Positions 16,485 through 25,521 of a stretch of 32,000 nt of DNA are shown here, piece by piece (position 1 is the first letter of the stretch; every line of letters starts with the position of its first letter). The stretch is from assembly GCA_020353515.1 (NCBI GenBank), contig CP070695.1, positions 2,261,921 through 2,293,920 on the forward strand, given 5' to 3'. Position numbers and translations under genes: made by a program. The notes beneath the pieces were generated by a model. It saw only the letters and a program-made list of their open reading frames with translations, was not told where the DNA came from and did not search any database. This stretch comes from Candidatus Heimdallarchaeota archaeon. GTDB taxonomy: Archaea; Asgardarchaeota; Heimdallarchaeia; Hodarchaeales; Hodarchaeaceae.

Positions 16485-16614
16485 TCTTTAAGAATAAAGA
16501 CTATTTCCATTGAAAAGGGAAGGAAATAAATCTCTTATGATTGGGAAGAGAAAAATTGAATGATTTAAAGAAGAGGGCACTATTCATTGAATTAAGACAA
16601 CCAGATAATTTAAG

Positions 16615-17169
16615 GTGGATATAATGGATAAAAAAGATGTCAAGGAGTCTAATCTCGGATTAATTCACGTCATTACTGGTGATGGGAAAGGGAAGACGAC
16701 ATCTGCTTTAGGATTAGCACTTCGGGCTGCAGGACATGGATTTCATTCATTGATTATCCAATTTATGAAAAAAGGGTGGGATTATGGTGAGTTAAAAGCA
16801 CTTCAGAATATTCCAGAAATCTCAATCCTTCAATTTGGGACTCCTGAGTTTGTCGATAAGGAGAATCCCAAGAAAATTGATCTAGATGAGGCTAAAGCTG
16901 CTTTAGATCGCGCTCGTATTGCTATTACTAACGAAAAGTGGAATATCTTAATTCTTGATGAAATAATTGTTGCTCTGGACTTTAAATTAATCTCTGAAAA
17001 ACAGGTGATTGATGTCATCAAGCAAAAACCTAAAAATCTTGAGCTAGTTTTAACAGGCAGAGAGGCATCTAACGCGATAATTGAGCTTGCAGATTATTAT
17101 ACAGAAATCTGTGAACATAAACATCCATATCAACGGAAGATATTAGCCCGAAAAGGTGTTGAGTATTGA
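16615..17169 (+). CDS. cobA: Cob(I)yrinic acid a,c-diamide / cob(I)alamin adenosyltransferase (CobA/CobO/BtuR family)
   Basis: [29 protein letters not shown]-loop and LILDEI motif typical of PF02572. GTG start. Confidence 0.8.
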   Translation: MDIMDKKDVKESNLGLIHVITGDGKGKTTSALGLALRAAGHGFHSLIIQFMKKGWDYGELKALQNIPEISILQFGTPEFVDKENPKKIDLDEAKAALDRARIAITNEKWNILILDEIIVALDFKLISEKQVIDVIKQKPKNLELVLTGREASNAIIELADYYTEICEHKHPYQRKILARKGVEY

Positions 17170-18881
17170 CTTCGAATACAACTAATAGTGGAAAGGTTCA
17201 AATGGATGAAAAAACTGACAAGTTGGTTGAGATCAAACGAAAAAGGAAGGAATGGGAAGAAGTCTACAGTAAAACTGTAAAAAAGCATCCAGAGCGGTTA
17301 CAGAAGTTTATGACAACTTCTAGTAAACCTATTAGTCAAATATATGATCCTACAGATCTTCCTGCGAACTGGGACTATCAAGACGCCTTAGGATATCCAA
17401 GCATGTTTCCTTTCACACGCGGTGTTCAACCTACAATGTATCGTGGCCGATTATGGACCATGCGTCAGTTTGCAGGATTTGGGGGTGCTGAAGAGACTAA
17501 TCAGCGGTTTAAGTTCCTTTTAGAACACGGAATGACAGGCTTAAGCGTTGCTTTTCATCTTCCTACGATATATGGACGTGAATCAGAGCACCCTATGTCT
17601 CTTGGAGAGGTTGGAAAATTAGGTGTAGCTATTGATACGTTAAAAGACATGGAAATCTTATTTGACGGAATTCCTCTTGATAAGGTTACTACCTCAATGA
17701 CAATTAATGCACCTGCTTCTATTCTACTTGCAATGTACATCGCAGTCGCAGAGAAACAGGGGGTAAGTTCCGATCAAATTGGTGGAACCATCCAAAATGA
17801 CATCCTTAAGGAATTTATTGCTCAAAAATCGTATATCTTTCCCCCAAAACCATCAATGCGAATTATTGTGGATATTATCAAATACTGCTCTGAACATGTT
17901 CCACGCTGGAATACTATCTCTATTTCAGGATATCATATCCGAGAAGCAGGATCCACTGCGGTTCAAGAACTGGCTTTCACTTTAGCTGATGGATTAGAAT
18001 ATGTGAGATGGGCTGTGGAAGCTGGGATGGATGTTGATGACTTTGCACCCCGATTATCATTCTTTTTTAATTCGCATAATGACTTATTTGAAGAGATAGC
18101 TAAGTATCGGGCTGCCCGACGTATTTGGGCTCGTCACATCCGTCAATATCAACCGAAAAACCCTCGTTCCATGTGGCTACGATTTCATACTCAAACTGCA
18201 GGATGTTCCTTAACAGCTCAACAGCCCTATAATAATGTCGTACGAACTACAGTCCAAGCGTTAGCAGCGATATTAGGTGGAACACAATCCCTTCACACCA
18301 ATTCATTAGATGAAGCATTAGCTTTACCTAGTGAGGAGGCAGTTGAGATTGCATTGCGGACTCAACAGATACTGGCCCATGAAAGCGGGGTAACAAATAC
18401 AATTGATCCATTAGCAGGGAGCTATTTTATAGAAGCGTTAACAAATGAAATGGAAGAACAGACCGAGGAATATTTTTCCAAGGTTGAACAGTTGGGAGGA
18501 GTTATTCCCGCAATAGAAAAAGGATTTTTCCAGCAAGAAATAGCGAATGCGGCATATCAATATCAAAAGGAAATTGAAGGAAACCAGCGAGTAATAGTTG
18601 GAATTAATGATTTTAGTTCCGATGAGGAAATCGAAGTTCCACTCCTTCAAATCGGAGAAGAGATAGCTGAACGACAGATAGCACGCTTACATCAAACGAA
18701 AAAGGAACGAGACAATGAGGCAGTAGGAGAAGCGCTAGCAGAGGTACGTCAGGCTGCTGAAGGTACCGATAATTTAATGCCCCCTATTCTGAAAGCTGTG
18801 AAAGCCTATGCCTCTGTTGGTGAAATTTGTGACGTCTTACGAGAAGTCTTTGGAGAATGGAGAGGAGATCAATTGATCTGA
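17166..18881 (+). CDS. Methylmalonyl-CoA mutase, large (catalytic, N-terminal-domain) subunit
   Basis: [39 protein letters not shown] and RFHTQTAG motifs. The TTG at 17166 overlaps the cobA stop. The ATG at 17202 is an alternative start. Confidence 0.9.
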   Translation: MTSNTTNSGKVQMDEKTDKLVEIKRKRKEWEEVYSKTVKKHPERLQKFMTTSSKPISQIYDPTDLPANWDYQDALGYPSMFPFTRGVQPTMYRGRLWTMRQFAGFGGAEETNQRFKFLLEHGMTGLSVAFHLPTIYGRESEHPMSLGEVGKLGVAIDTLKDMEILFDGIPLDKVTTSMTINAPASILLAMYIAVAEKQGVSSDQIGGTIQNDILKEFIAQKSYIFPPKPSMRIIVDIIKYCSEHVPRWNTISISGYHIREAGSTAVQELAFTLADGLEYVRWAVEAGMDVDDFAPRLSFFFNSHNDLFEEIAKYRAARRIWARHIRQYQPKNPRSMWLRFHTQTAGCSLTAQQPYNNVVRTTVQALAAILGGTQSLHTNSLDEALALPSEEAVEIALRTQQILAHESGVTNTIDPLAGSYFIEALTNEMEEQTEEYFSKVEQLGGVIPAIEKGFFQQEIANAAYQYQKEIEGNQRVIVGINDFSSDEEIEVPLLQIGEEIAERQIARLHQTKKERDNEAVGEALAEVRQAAEGTDNLMPPILKAVKAYASVGEICDVLREVFGEWRGDQLI

Positions 18882-18897
18882 ATGAACTTCCCAGTAG

Positions 18898-19311
18898 GTG
18901 AATAGAGTGACACGAAAAATTAGAGTCTTATTAGCAAAACCTGGATTAGATGGCCACGATCGCGGTGTGAAAGTTGTCGCACGGGCATTGAGAGATGCGG
19001 GAATGGAAGTAATCTATACTGGATTGCATAAGAGCCCAGAACAGATAGTAGAAGCAGCTTTACAAGAAGATGTTGATGTTATTGGATTATCTAGCCTAAG
19101 TGGATCTCATATGGCTCTATTTCCGCGAATTATCGAATTACTTGAAGAGAACGACATGATCAACGATACCCTTGTAGTCGCTGGCGGGATCATCCCTGAT
19201 GTTGACGTTCCTAAGTTAAATGAAATTGGAATAAATGGAATTTTTGGTCCTGGAACTGATACCACGGGCATAGTAAAATTCATCAAGTCAAATCTCAAGC
19301 GATCGTTGTGA
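18898..19311 (+). CDS. Methylmalonyl-CoA mutase, small B12-binding subunit
   Basis: [36 protein letters not shown] carries the DxHxxG cobalamin-binding motif. Confidence 0.9.
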   Translation: MNRVTRKIRVLLAKPGLDGHDRGVKVVARALRDAGMEVIYTGLHKSPEQIVEAALQEDVDVIGLSSLSGSHMALFPRIIELLEENDMINDTLVVAGGIIPDVDVPKLNEIGINGIFGPGTDTTGIVKFIKSNLKRSL

Positions 19312-19498
19312 AAGTAAACCTTCTTAGACTTCTAAAGGATAGAAAGTTATAAAGATCATAATTTTTGTCTATAAACAGTTAAGTAACCGTACCACAATTA
19401 ATAAAAGGGTAAATTGGATTTGATAGTCTTGCTAAAGTTCTTCTAAGGATAAGTAAGAAGAATTACCCTTCATGGTCAATCAGGTTGTTCTAATCAAA

Positions 19499-19519
19499 TA
19501 CTATTAGCAATTAATAGTA
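19499..19519. promoter_or_regulatory. 8-bp inverted repeat (TACTATTA-gcaat-TAATAGTA) upstream of the ABC operon; possible operator
   Basis: A perfect palindrome read directly in the 330-bp AT-rich intergenic region, about 125 nt upstream of the ATG at 19643. ATTAGCAA recurs at 19533-19540. Confidence 0.2.
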
Positions 19520-19595
19520 CTTTAGAGCCGCATTAGCAAAATTAAAAAAGGATATTTTCTAGAAAAAAACTACATTTCTTCTAAATATCAAAATA

Positions 19596-22572
19596 TTAAA
19601 GGAAATCATTCTATTTTCATGAAAAACGGATAGGGCGACAAAATGGGACGAGGTTCCAACTTCAGGGGAAAACCAAGATTATTATTTCAAATTATCAGAA
19701 TCAATCTTAAGAAATCACTCATTACGCTAATTGGAATGACAATTGCACTTGCAGTGATAGCTGGAAGCTTAATTTATTTAGAATCAACTGAAGTGGATTA
19801 TTATTTAAAAGTTTTAGAAGATCCTTCCTATGAAAAACATTTGTCTTATCGTATTTATGATTATAAAAAGGAAAATCGGTCTGTAGAAGACATTACTAGG
19901 ATTCACAGTACTCTTAATGGTAAAATTGCTAAATTTAACGGGTCTGGTATTTTTATTCAGTCATCCTATCCATTTCTGTGTAGAATGTCTAGAAGCACAT
20001 TATTACTGAACACAAGTCAAAGTTATCGGTATATTGGGCTTCTCCTAGACGAATCAGTGATAGAAGATTGTATAAATGGCAGTCAAAACCCAAAAAACCA
20101 AGATGAGATGTTGGTTTTTATTCCAAGTGATGCTTCGACTGAACTAACTATAAACCAAACTATAAAACTCCCAATAATCTATAAACATAAAAGAAAAGAA
20201 CTATACTATAATCTCAGTTTGAATATTTCGGGGGTCTTAACACCTACAAGTTTACGTCCTTCCTCTCCTCTATCAAACATAGTTAGTCTAAGTCAAATTC
20301 AATTCATAATGAACCTGAACCAGTATTTATCAGTCCTAAACACACTAAGAAACCTTTCTAGTAGGACTGTTTCCAATACAATGGAGTTCAATTATCAATT
20401 TAATTTTTCTATGTTGAACCACCAGAATGCCCATCGAATAGCCCATGATTTGGTCAATATGCGAAAAGCTTGTTGGGATTGGAGAATTTATCAGGACTAT
20501 ACTCGATATGAGATCTCTCTCCCTTCTTCATCAGGAACATTACTCTATACTCTTCGAGGAGCAGTCGATGACTTTGATGCTTTTTTTTCGAGTTTTATAA
20601 TTTATTGTATACCAGCTTTTATTGTCACTTTCCTGTTTGTGCAGTTTTCACTAGGTATAATCAATGAAGGTCGAAGAAAAGCTCTGGTCATGTATAAAAT
20701 GCGAGGAATTTCCAAAAGATTCATATTTACTGTGTTATGTGGTGAAACATTTATTCTCGCACTTATTGCATCGGGTTTAGGGGTAATTCTAGGAATTCCC
20801 ATTCATATCTTGATCTCTACAACAAGTGATTATCTCAGTTTTGATCTTTCAAAATGGCCAAATCTTACAATTATTTCTCAAGCTACCATTATATCTGTGA
20901 TTGAATTCAGCTTATGTTTGACTTTCCTGTTGAATTTTCGGACAATACTTCATCTCACTAAGGTAAATATCGTCATTTTGGAAGAGGAGGCAAGTAAAAA
21001 GAAGAAACGGAAAAGAGGCACGATTCGTCAAAACATTGATGTTTTTTTGTTATTACAAGGAATAATCGGAATTTTTATCTTGAATCTGTTTTTAAGAATC
21101 ATAACTGAAGTTGATCAGGGTGATGCTGGGCTCTTAATGGCAATAATTTTTCCACTTGCTCTTTTAAGTCCGTTTTGTTTGTTGATTGGCTTTATTTTTT
21201 CATTTAATAGGTTAATGCCAATCATATTTGATAAATTAGGGGGAATATTATGGAAGAGGGATTTTAAATTATTTGCTATGGCTGTTCGTAATTTATTTGT
21301 GAACATGAAAATGACGTCTCGGACAACACTGCTAACAGCTGTAACAATCAGTTTTTTAATGATTCTATCTTCACTACCTATCTCTTTTAATCAACAAAGA
21401 ATTAACACGGCATATTATAGGGCTGGAAGTGATCTTACTATTCGAACATATTCATTGAATGAAAGTGTGAAGGGAAATCTCTCAGCAGAATTAAACGAGG
21501 TTCCTGGGTTAACCACAACATTTATTTCAATTAAAAGATTTTATCTAGAGAATAAAGAGCCTGATATTGAAGTTATGGCAATCGAAGCCAATTTCGATGA
21601 GGTTGCGTTTTGGAAAGGAAACTATGCAAAACATCCTCTTAGTGATCTTGTTCACACACTTTATAGCTCTAAAGCACAATTCCCAATAATTTTAGATTCT
21701 AGGTCAATGAAAATTGAAAACTTAACTATTCATAGCAATTATATTCAAAATTTTGATTTTACAATTTCATTTAATTTTACCATCGTCGAGACTACCGATT
21801 TTTGGCCTGGATTAATTGAAAGACATAAAGATGAGCAGAGATTTCTCATCATAAAACGTTCAATGTTTAATAATTTGATTAATTATTCTACTAGTAGTAC
21901 ATACATACATAGTAGTACATATCTGTGGGGTAAAGTAGATCCTAGTACGGACGCGAATGAAGTTATTTTACAGGTTAAAAATATAACATCAAAATATGAA
22001 CTCGATATAAGGTATTTTGCACTTACAGCTAATAAATTAGAAATAGATCCTGATTCTCTTGAAGCTACATTCCTTTGGGGCGTCACTAATTTCAATTTTC
22101 TTGTTTCTCTCTTAGCATTATTGCTCCTATTATTTTTATCTTCAATCGCACGAATGACCAACCAATTAAAAGAAATCGGATTAAGTAGAGCATTAGGTAT
22201 GAAATTCCGTCAGGTTTTTTTCTTAATGGTTATTGAACCACTTCTATTAGTCTTGATAAGTGGGATACCAGGAGGACTAATCGGTTTAGGATTGTTAATG
22301 CTTTTCATCAATCTTGGTCAAGGCCCTCCATTAAGTTCTGATCCACCGTTCATTTTAACGATTGATATACCATCTATACTCCTTATCTATGGTTCAATAC
22401 TAATCACAGCAATCATAGCTGGTTTAATTACTTCGTACCGAGTAACTAGAGCTGATGTATCGAAGATACTAAAAGTGGAGTGAGTGGAATGTTTTTAGAA
22501 TGTAAAGACCTTATCAAAATCTATCCTTCTCCTGTTGAGGGATTGATGTTTCCAGCATTACGAGGATTGGAT
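19596..22572 (+). repeat. Tandem duplication, copy A (leader + permease + first ~90 nt of the ATPase gene)
   Basis: The leader ...TAAAGGAAATCATT...ACGGATAGGGCGACAAAATGGGACGAGG matches 22573-22627. The 3' end carries the ATPase 5' fossil. Confidence 0.8.
19643..22483 (+). CDS. ABC transporter permease, double FtsX/MacB-type module (paralogue 1, 946 aa)
   Basis: Two FtsX-like blocks (NEGRRKALVMYKMRGISKRF... and TNQLKEIGLSRALGMKFRQVF...). Each follows a TM helix plus a ~220-260-aa hydrophilic, sequon-rich domain. About 10 TM segments by eye. Confidence 0.85.
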   Translation: MGRGSNFRGKPRLLFQIIRINLKKSLITLIGMTIALAVIAGSLIYLESTEVDYYLKVLEDPSYEKHLSYRIYDYKKENRSVEDITRIHSTLNGKIAKFNGSGIFIQSSYPFLCRMSRSTLLLNTSQSYRYIGLLLDESVIEDCINGSQNPKNQDEMLVFIPSDASTELTINQTIKLPIIYKHKRKELYYNLSLNISGVLTPTSLRPSSPLSNIVSLSQIQFIMNLNQYLSVLNTLRNLSSRTVSNTMEFNYQFNFSMLNHQNAHRIAHDLVNMRKACWDWRIYQDYTRYEISLPSSSGTLLYTLRGAVDDFDAFFSSFIIYCIPAFIVTFLFVQFSLGIINEGRRKALVMYKMRGISKRFIFTVLCGETFILALIASGLGVILGIPIHILISTTSDYLSFDLSKWPNLTIISQATIISVIEFSLCLTFLLNFRTILHLTKVNIVILEEEASKKKKRKRGTIRQNIDVFLLLQGIIGIFILNLFLRIITEVDQGDAGLLMAIIFPLALLSPFCLLIGFIFSFNRLMPIIFDKLGGILWKRDFKLFAMAVRNLFVNMKMTSRTTLLTAVTISFLMILSSLPISFNQQRINTAYYRAGSDLTIRTYSLNESVKGNLSAELNEVPGLTTTFISIKRFYLENKEPDIEVMAIEANFDEVAFWKGNYAKHPLSDLVHTLYSSKAQFPIILDSRSMKIENLTIHSNYIQNFDFTISFNFTIVETTDFWPGLIERHKDEQRFLIIKRSMFNNLINYSTSSTYIHSSTYLWGKVDPSTDANEVILQVKNITSKYELDIRYFALTANKLEIDPDSLEATFLWGVTNFNFLVSLLALLLLLFLSSIARMTNQLKEIGLSRALGMKFRQVFFLMVIEPLLLVLISGIPGGLIGLGLLMLFINLGQGPPLSSDPPFILTIDIPSILLIYGSILITAIIAGLITSYRVTRADVSKILKVE

Positions 22573-22614
22573 CTAAAGGATTCATTTAATTCTTATGAAA
22601 TACGGATGGGGTGA
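22480..22614 (+). CDS. 44-codon ORF derived from a duplicated 5' end of the ABC ATPase gene (fossil or micro-protein)
   Basis: (V)SGMFLECKDLIKIYPSPVEGLMFPALRGLDLKDSFNSYEIRMG*. It aligns codon for codon with ATPase residues 1-33 (25423-25521). Its GTG overlaps the permease-1 stop (GTGA). Its stop lies 4 nt before the permease-2 ATG. Confidence 0.45.
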   Translation: MSGMFLECKDLIKIYPSPVEGLMFPALRGLDLKDSFNSYEIRMG

Positions 22615-25521
22615 CAAAATGGGACGAGGTCACAGTATCAGGGGAAAAATAAGATTATTACTTCTAGTTCTTCGCATCAATCTCAAGAAATCATTCATTA
22701 CACTTCTTGGAATGACAATTGCGCTGGCAATAATAGCTGCAAGTCTAATCTTTTTAGAGTCAAACGAAATAAATTATTATTTAGAAGTTTTAGAAGACCC
22801 TGATCTTGGAAAACCGTTTGAATTCCGGATTTATGAAGACACGAGGGGAAATTACTCTATCAAAGACATTACTATGGCTCATGGCCTTGTTAATGAGAAA
22901 TTTGCTGAATATAATTTAAGAGATTTCTTTATTCAATCGAAATATCCATTCCTGTTTAGAAAAAATAGAAAAACACTATTTCGAAACACAACAGAAACCT
23001 ATTATTACTTTGGACTCCCTATGAATGAGTCTATCATCAAAGATTGTGTGAATGGAAGCGACATCCCTAGGGCACAAAATGAAATTTTGGTATTTATTCC
23101 CAATCATATTCCGATTGAGTTAAATATAAATGAAACCGTTAATCTCTCACTCTCTTATAAGTACAAAAATAATGAACAGTTTCATAATCTTAGTCTGAAA
23201 ATCTCAGGAATATTAACTGAAACAAGCATACGTTCTTCCTCTCAATTATGGGATATGGTGAATCTATATCATCGAAGCCAATTCATCATGAACGTTGATC
23301 AGTACTTATTAGTTCTAAACACATTAAAAACTCTTTCAGATGAGTCTATTTCAAATTCCTTTTATTTATATTACCAGTTAGATGATTCTACTGTTAATAC
23401 TCAAAATGCACGCCAAATAATTTATGGATTAGTTGAATTTGGTGGAAAAGACTGGGATTTTAGTGCTCAGATTAATTCAAAGATGTTTGATATCTATTAT
23501 GGATCTGCATGGAAATGGTTTAACACAATTTCAATGAGAATTGGCGAATTTAGATACTTGTTTTTCTTTTTTACCATCTTTTGTTTACCTGCTTTTATTA
23601 TTACCTTCCTGTTAGTGAATTTTTCTCTTGGTATCATCAATGAAGGCAGAAGAAAAACCCTAGCTTTGTATAAAATGAGAGGGATTTCGAAAGTATTCCT
23701 TTTCACTGTTTTATGTGTTGAAACAATGACACTAGCACTTATTGCTTCGGTATTGGGGGTAATTCTGAGTATACCAGTTTATTTTTTGATTTCAGCTACG
23801 ACTGGTTATTTAAGCTTTGATTTAACAAAGTGGCCAGATGTAACTATAATCTCTCGAACCACTATTATTTCGGTGATTGGATTTAGTTTGTGTTTCACTT
23901 TTCTGTTACATCTTCGGACAATAATTAAACTTACTAATGCAGGCATAGTTTTCTTGGTAGAAGAGGCCAGTAAAAAGAAAAAGCGTAAAAGGGGGGCAAT
24001 TCAACAAAATATTGACGTTTTTCTACTACTTCAAGGAATACTCGGTATCTTCTTCCTCAATTTATTCATGAGAATCTTGATTGAAGCTGGTCAGCTGGAA
24101 AGTGGCTTAATTATTTTCATGTTACTAATTAGCATTCTTGTCTTTTTAAGCCCTTTATCTCTTCTGGTTGGTTTTATTCTCGCATTTAATAGATTAATGC
24201 CAGTAATTTTAGATAAATTAGGGGGAATATTATGGAAAAGAGATTATAAATTGTTCGTTATGGCAACACGAAATTTATTTGTTAATATAAAATTTACTAC
24301 CCGAACAACATTGCTGATAGCTATTAGTATCAGTTTTCTAATGGTTATGTCTTCATTACCCGTCTCTATGAATCAGTATAACATTGATTCGACCTACTAT
24401 AAAGCTGGGAGTGATCTCGTCATTCGGGCAGGGGATTTCTTGGGGGAAAGAGCTTTAAGGAATCTTTCAACAGGATTGAATAATCTTCCTGGTTTTACTA
24501 CTACAATTGTTTCATTTACAGATTATAGAACTAGTAATAAAGAATTTATAGGAATTGAAGATAATTTTCATGAAGTAGCTTTTTGGAAAACACACTATGC
24601 AAAAAAACCTCTCAGCAGCCTTGTATCAGTACTCTATAACTCTAAAGCCCAAGTTCCAGTAATTATTGACTCCTTTTCAGCTAAACTTGAAGAATTAAAT
24701 GTTAATGAAACCTATCCTCTTAAAATAGGTTCAGACGATCCCCTGAACTTAACCATTGTGGAAAAAACAGATTATTGGCCTGTATTAATTCGAAGAGTTC
24801 AAAATAAGGAGAGATTTTTCATAATGAAGCGTTCAACGTATAGCGAATTGATCAGCGATGGTGATTCCTATATCTGGTGTAAAATTGATCCGATTACCAA
24901 TGAAGCTATTGAACAGGCTAAAAATATGACACAAGAAGTAGGAGTTGATATTAATGATTTTTATTTTACTGCAGAGAGAGTAAAACTCGATCCAGATTCT
25001 CTCAAATCAATTTTTCCTTGGATTATCACAAATTTTAATTTTCTTGTTATGCTTATAGGATTATTATTACTTTTGGTTTTATTTACAATGACACGTGTTA
25101 CCAACCAATTAAAAGAAATCGGATTAAGCAGGGCATTAGGGATGAAATTTCGACAGGTTTTTATTCTAATGTTTCTTGAATCCTTTCTATTAATCCTGAT
25201 AAGTGGGTTACCAGGAGGACTAATTGGTTTAGGATTATTAATGATTTTAATTAACTATGGTCAAGGCCCTCCATTCAGTTATGGACCCCCATTTATCTTA
25301 ATGATTGATATTCCATCTTTATTATTTATTTTCGGTTCGATCATAATTATTACAATATTTTTAGGATTCATTGCGTCGTACAGAGTAACCAGAGCTGATG
25401 TATCTAAAATTCTTAAAGTGGAATGAGTATAATGTTGTTAGAATGTAGAGACTTAATCAAAATTTATCCTTCCCCTGTGGAAGGATTGATGTTTCCCGCA
25501 TTACGAGGTCTGGATCTTCAG
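22573..25521 (+). repeat. Tandem duplication, copy B
   Basis: Colinear with copy A throughout. The junction lies at the shared heptamer TAAAGGA. Confidence 0.8.
22619..25426 (+). CDS. ABC transporter permease, double FtsX/MacB-type module (paralogue 2)
   Basis: Colinear with paralogue 1 and shares its C-terminus YRVTRADVSKILKVE. The ATG at 22619 (MGRG...) is homologous to the paralogue-1 start and is preceded by GGGGTGA. The ORF-track start at 22595 is probably an artefact of the duplicated leader. Confidence 0.85.
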   Translation: MGRGHSIRGKIRLLLLVLRINLKKSFITLLGMTIALAIIAASLIFLESNEINYYLEVLEDPDLGKPFEFRIYEDTRGNYSIKDITMAHGLVNEKFAEYNLRDFFIQSKYPFLFRKNRKTLFRNTTETYYYFGLPMNESIIKDCVNGSDIPRAQNEILVFIPNHIPIELNINETVNLSLSYKYKNNEQFHNLSLKISGILTETSIRSSSQLWDMVNLYHRSQFIMNVDQYLLVLNTLKTLSDESISNSFYLYYQLDDSTVNTQNARQIIYGLVEFGGKDWDFSAQINSKMFDIYYGSAWKWFNTISMRIGEFRYLFFFFTIFCLPAFIITFLLVNFSLGIINEGRRKTLALYKMRGISKVFLFTVLCVETMTLALIASVLGVILSIPVYFLISATTGYLSFDLTKWPDVTIISRTTIISVIGFSLCFTFLLHLRTIIKLTNAGIVFLVEEASKKKKRKRGAIQQNIDVFLLLQGILGIFFLNLFMRILIEAGQLESGLIIFMLLISILVFLSPLSLLVGFILAFNRLMPVILDKLGGILWKRDYKLFVMATRNLFVNIKFTTRTTLLIAISISFLMVMSSLPVSMNQYNIDSTYYKAGSDLVIRAGDFLGERALRNLSTGLNNLPGFTTTIVSFTDYRTSNKEFIGIEDNFHEVAFWKTHYAKKPLSSLVSVLYNSKAQVPVIIDSFSAKLEELNVNETYPLKIGSDDPLNLTIVEKTDYWPVLIRRVQNKERFFIMKRSTYSELISDGDSYIWCKIDPITNEAIEQAKNMTQEVGVDINDFYFTAERVKLDPDSLKSIFPWIITNFNFLVMLIGLLLLLVLFTMTRVTNQLKEIGLSRALGMKFRQVFILMFLESFLLILISGLPGGLIGLGLLMILINYGQGPPFSYGPPFILMIDIPSLLFIFGSIIIITIFLGFIASYRVTRADVSKILKVE

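Noticed and set aside
16253-16513. 86-aa + strand ORF in the ORF track
   Set aside because: It lies directly antisense to, and entirely spans, the well-folding tRNA-His gene. Its composition is atypical and it has no motifs.
16830-21306. Minus- or plus-strand ORFs of 60-70 aa inside cobA, the mcm genes and permease 1 (for example 16830-17021, 17555-17740, 17779-17985, 18438-18650, 19107-19298, 20602-20802, 21115-21306)
   Set aside because: They are shadows of well-supported genes.
22595-22618. Upstream ATG (MKYGWGDK...) as the start of permease paralogue 2
   Set aside because: The homologous leader of paralogue 1 has a stop in this stretch. The conserved MGRG ATG at 22619 has a GGGGTGA SD. 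The extension would also overlap the fossil ORF.
21883-23706. Minus-strand ORFs at 21883-22161 and 23497-23706
   Set aside because: They are antisense to the permease genes. Such ORFs are common in AT-rich, stop-poor antisense frames.
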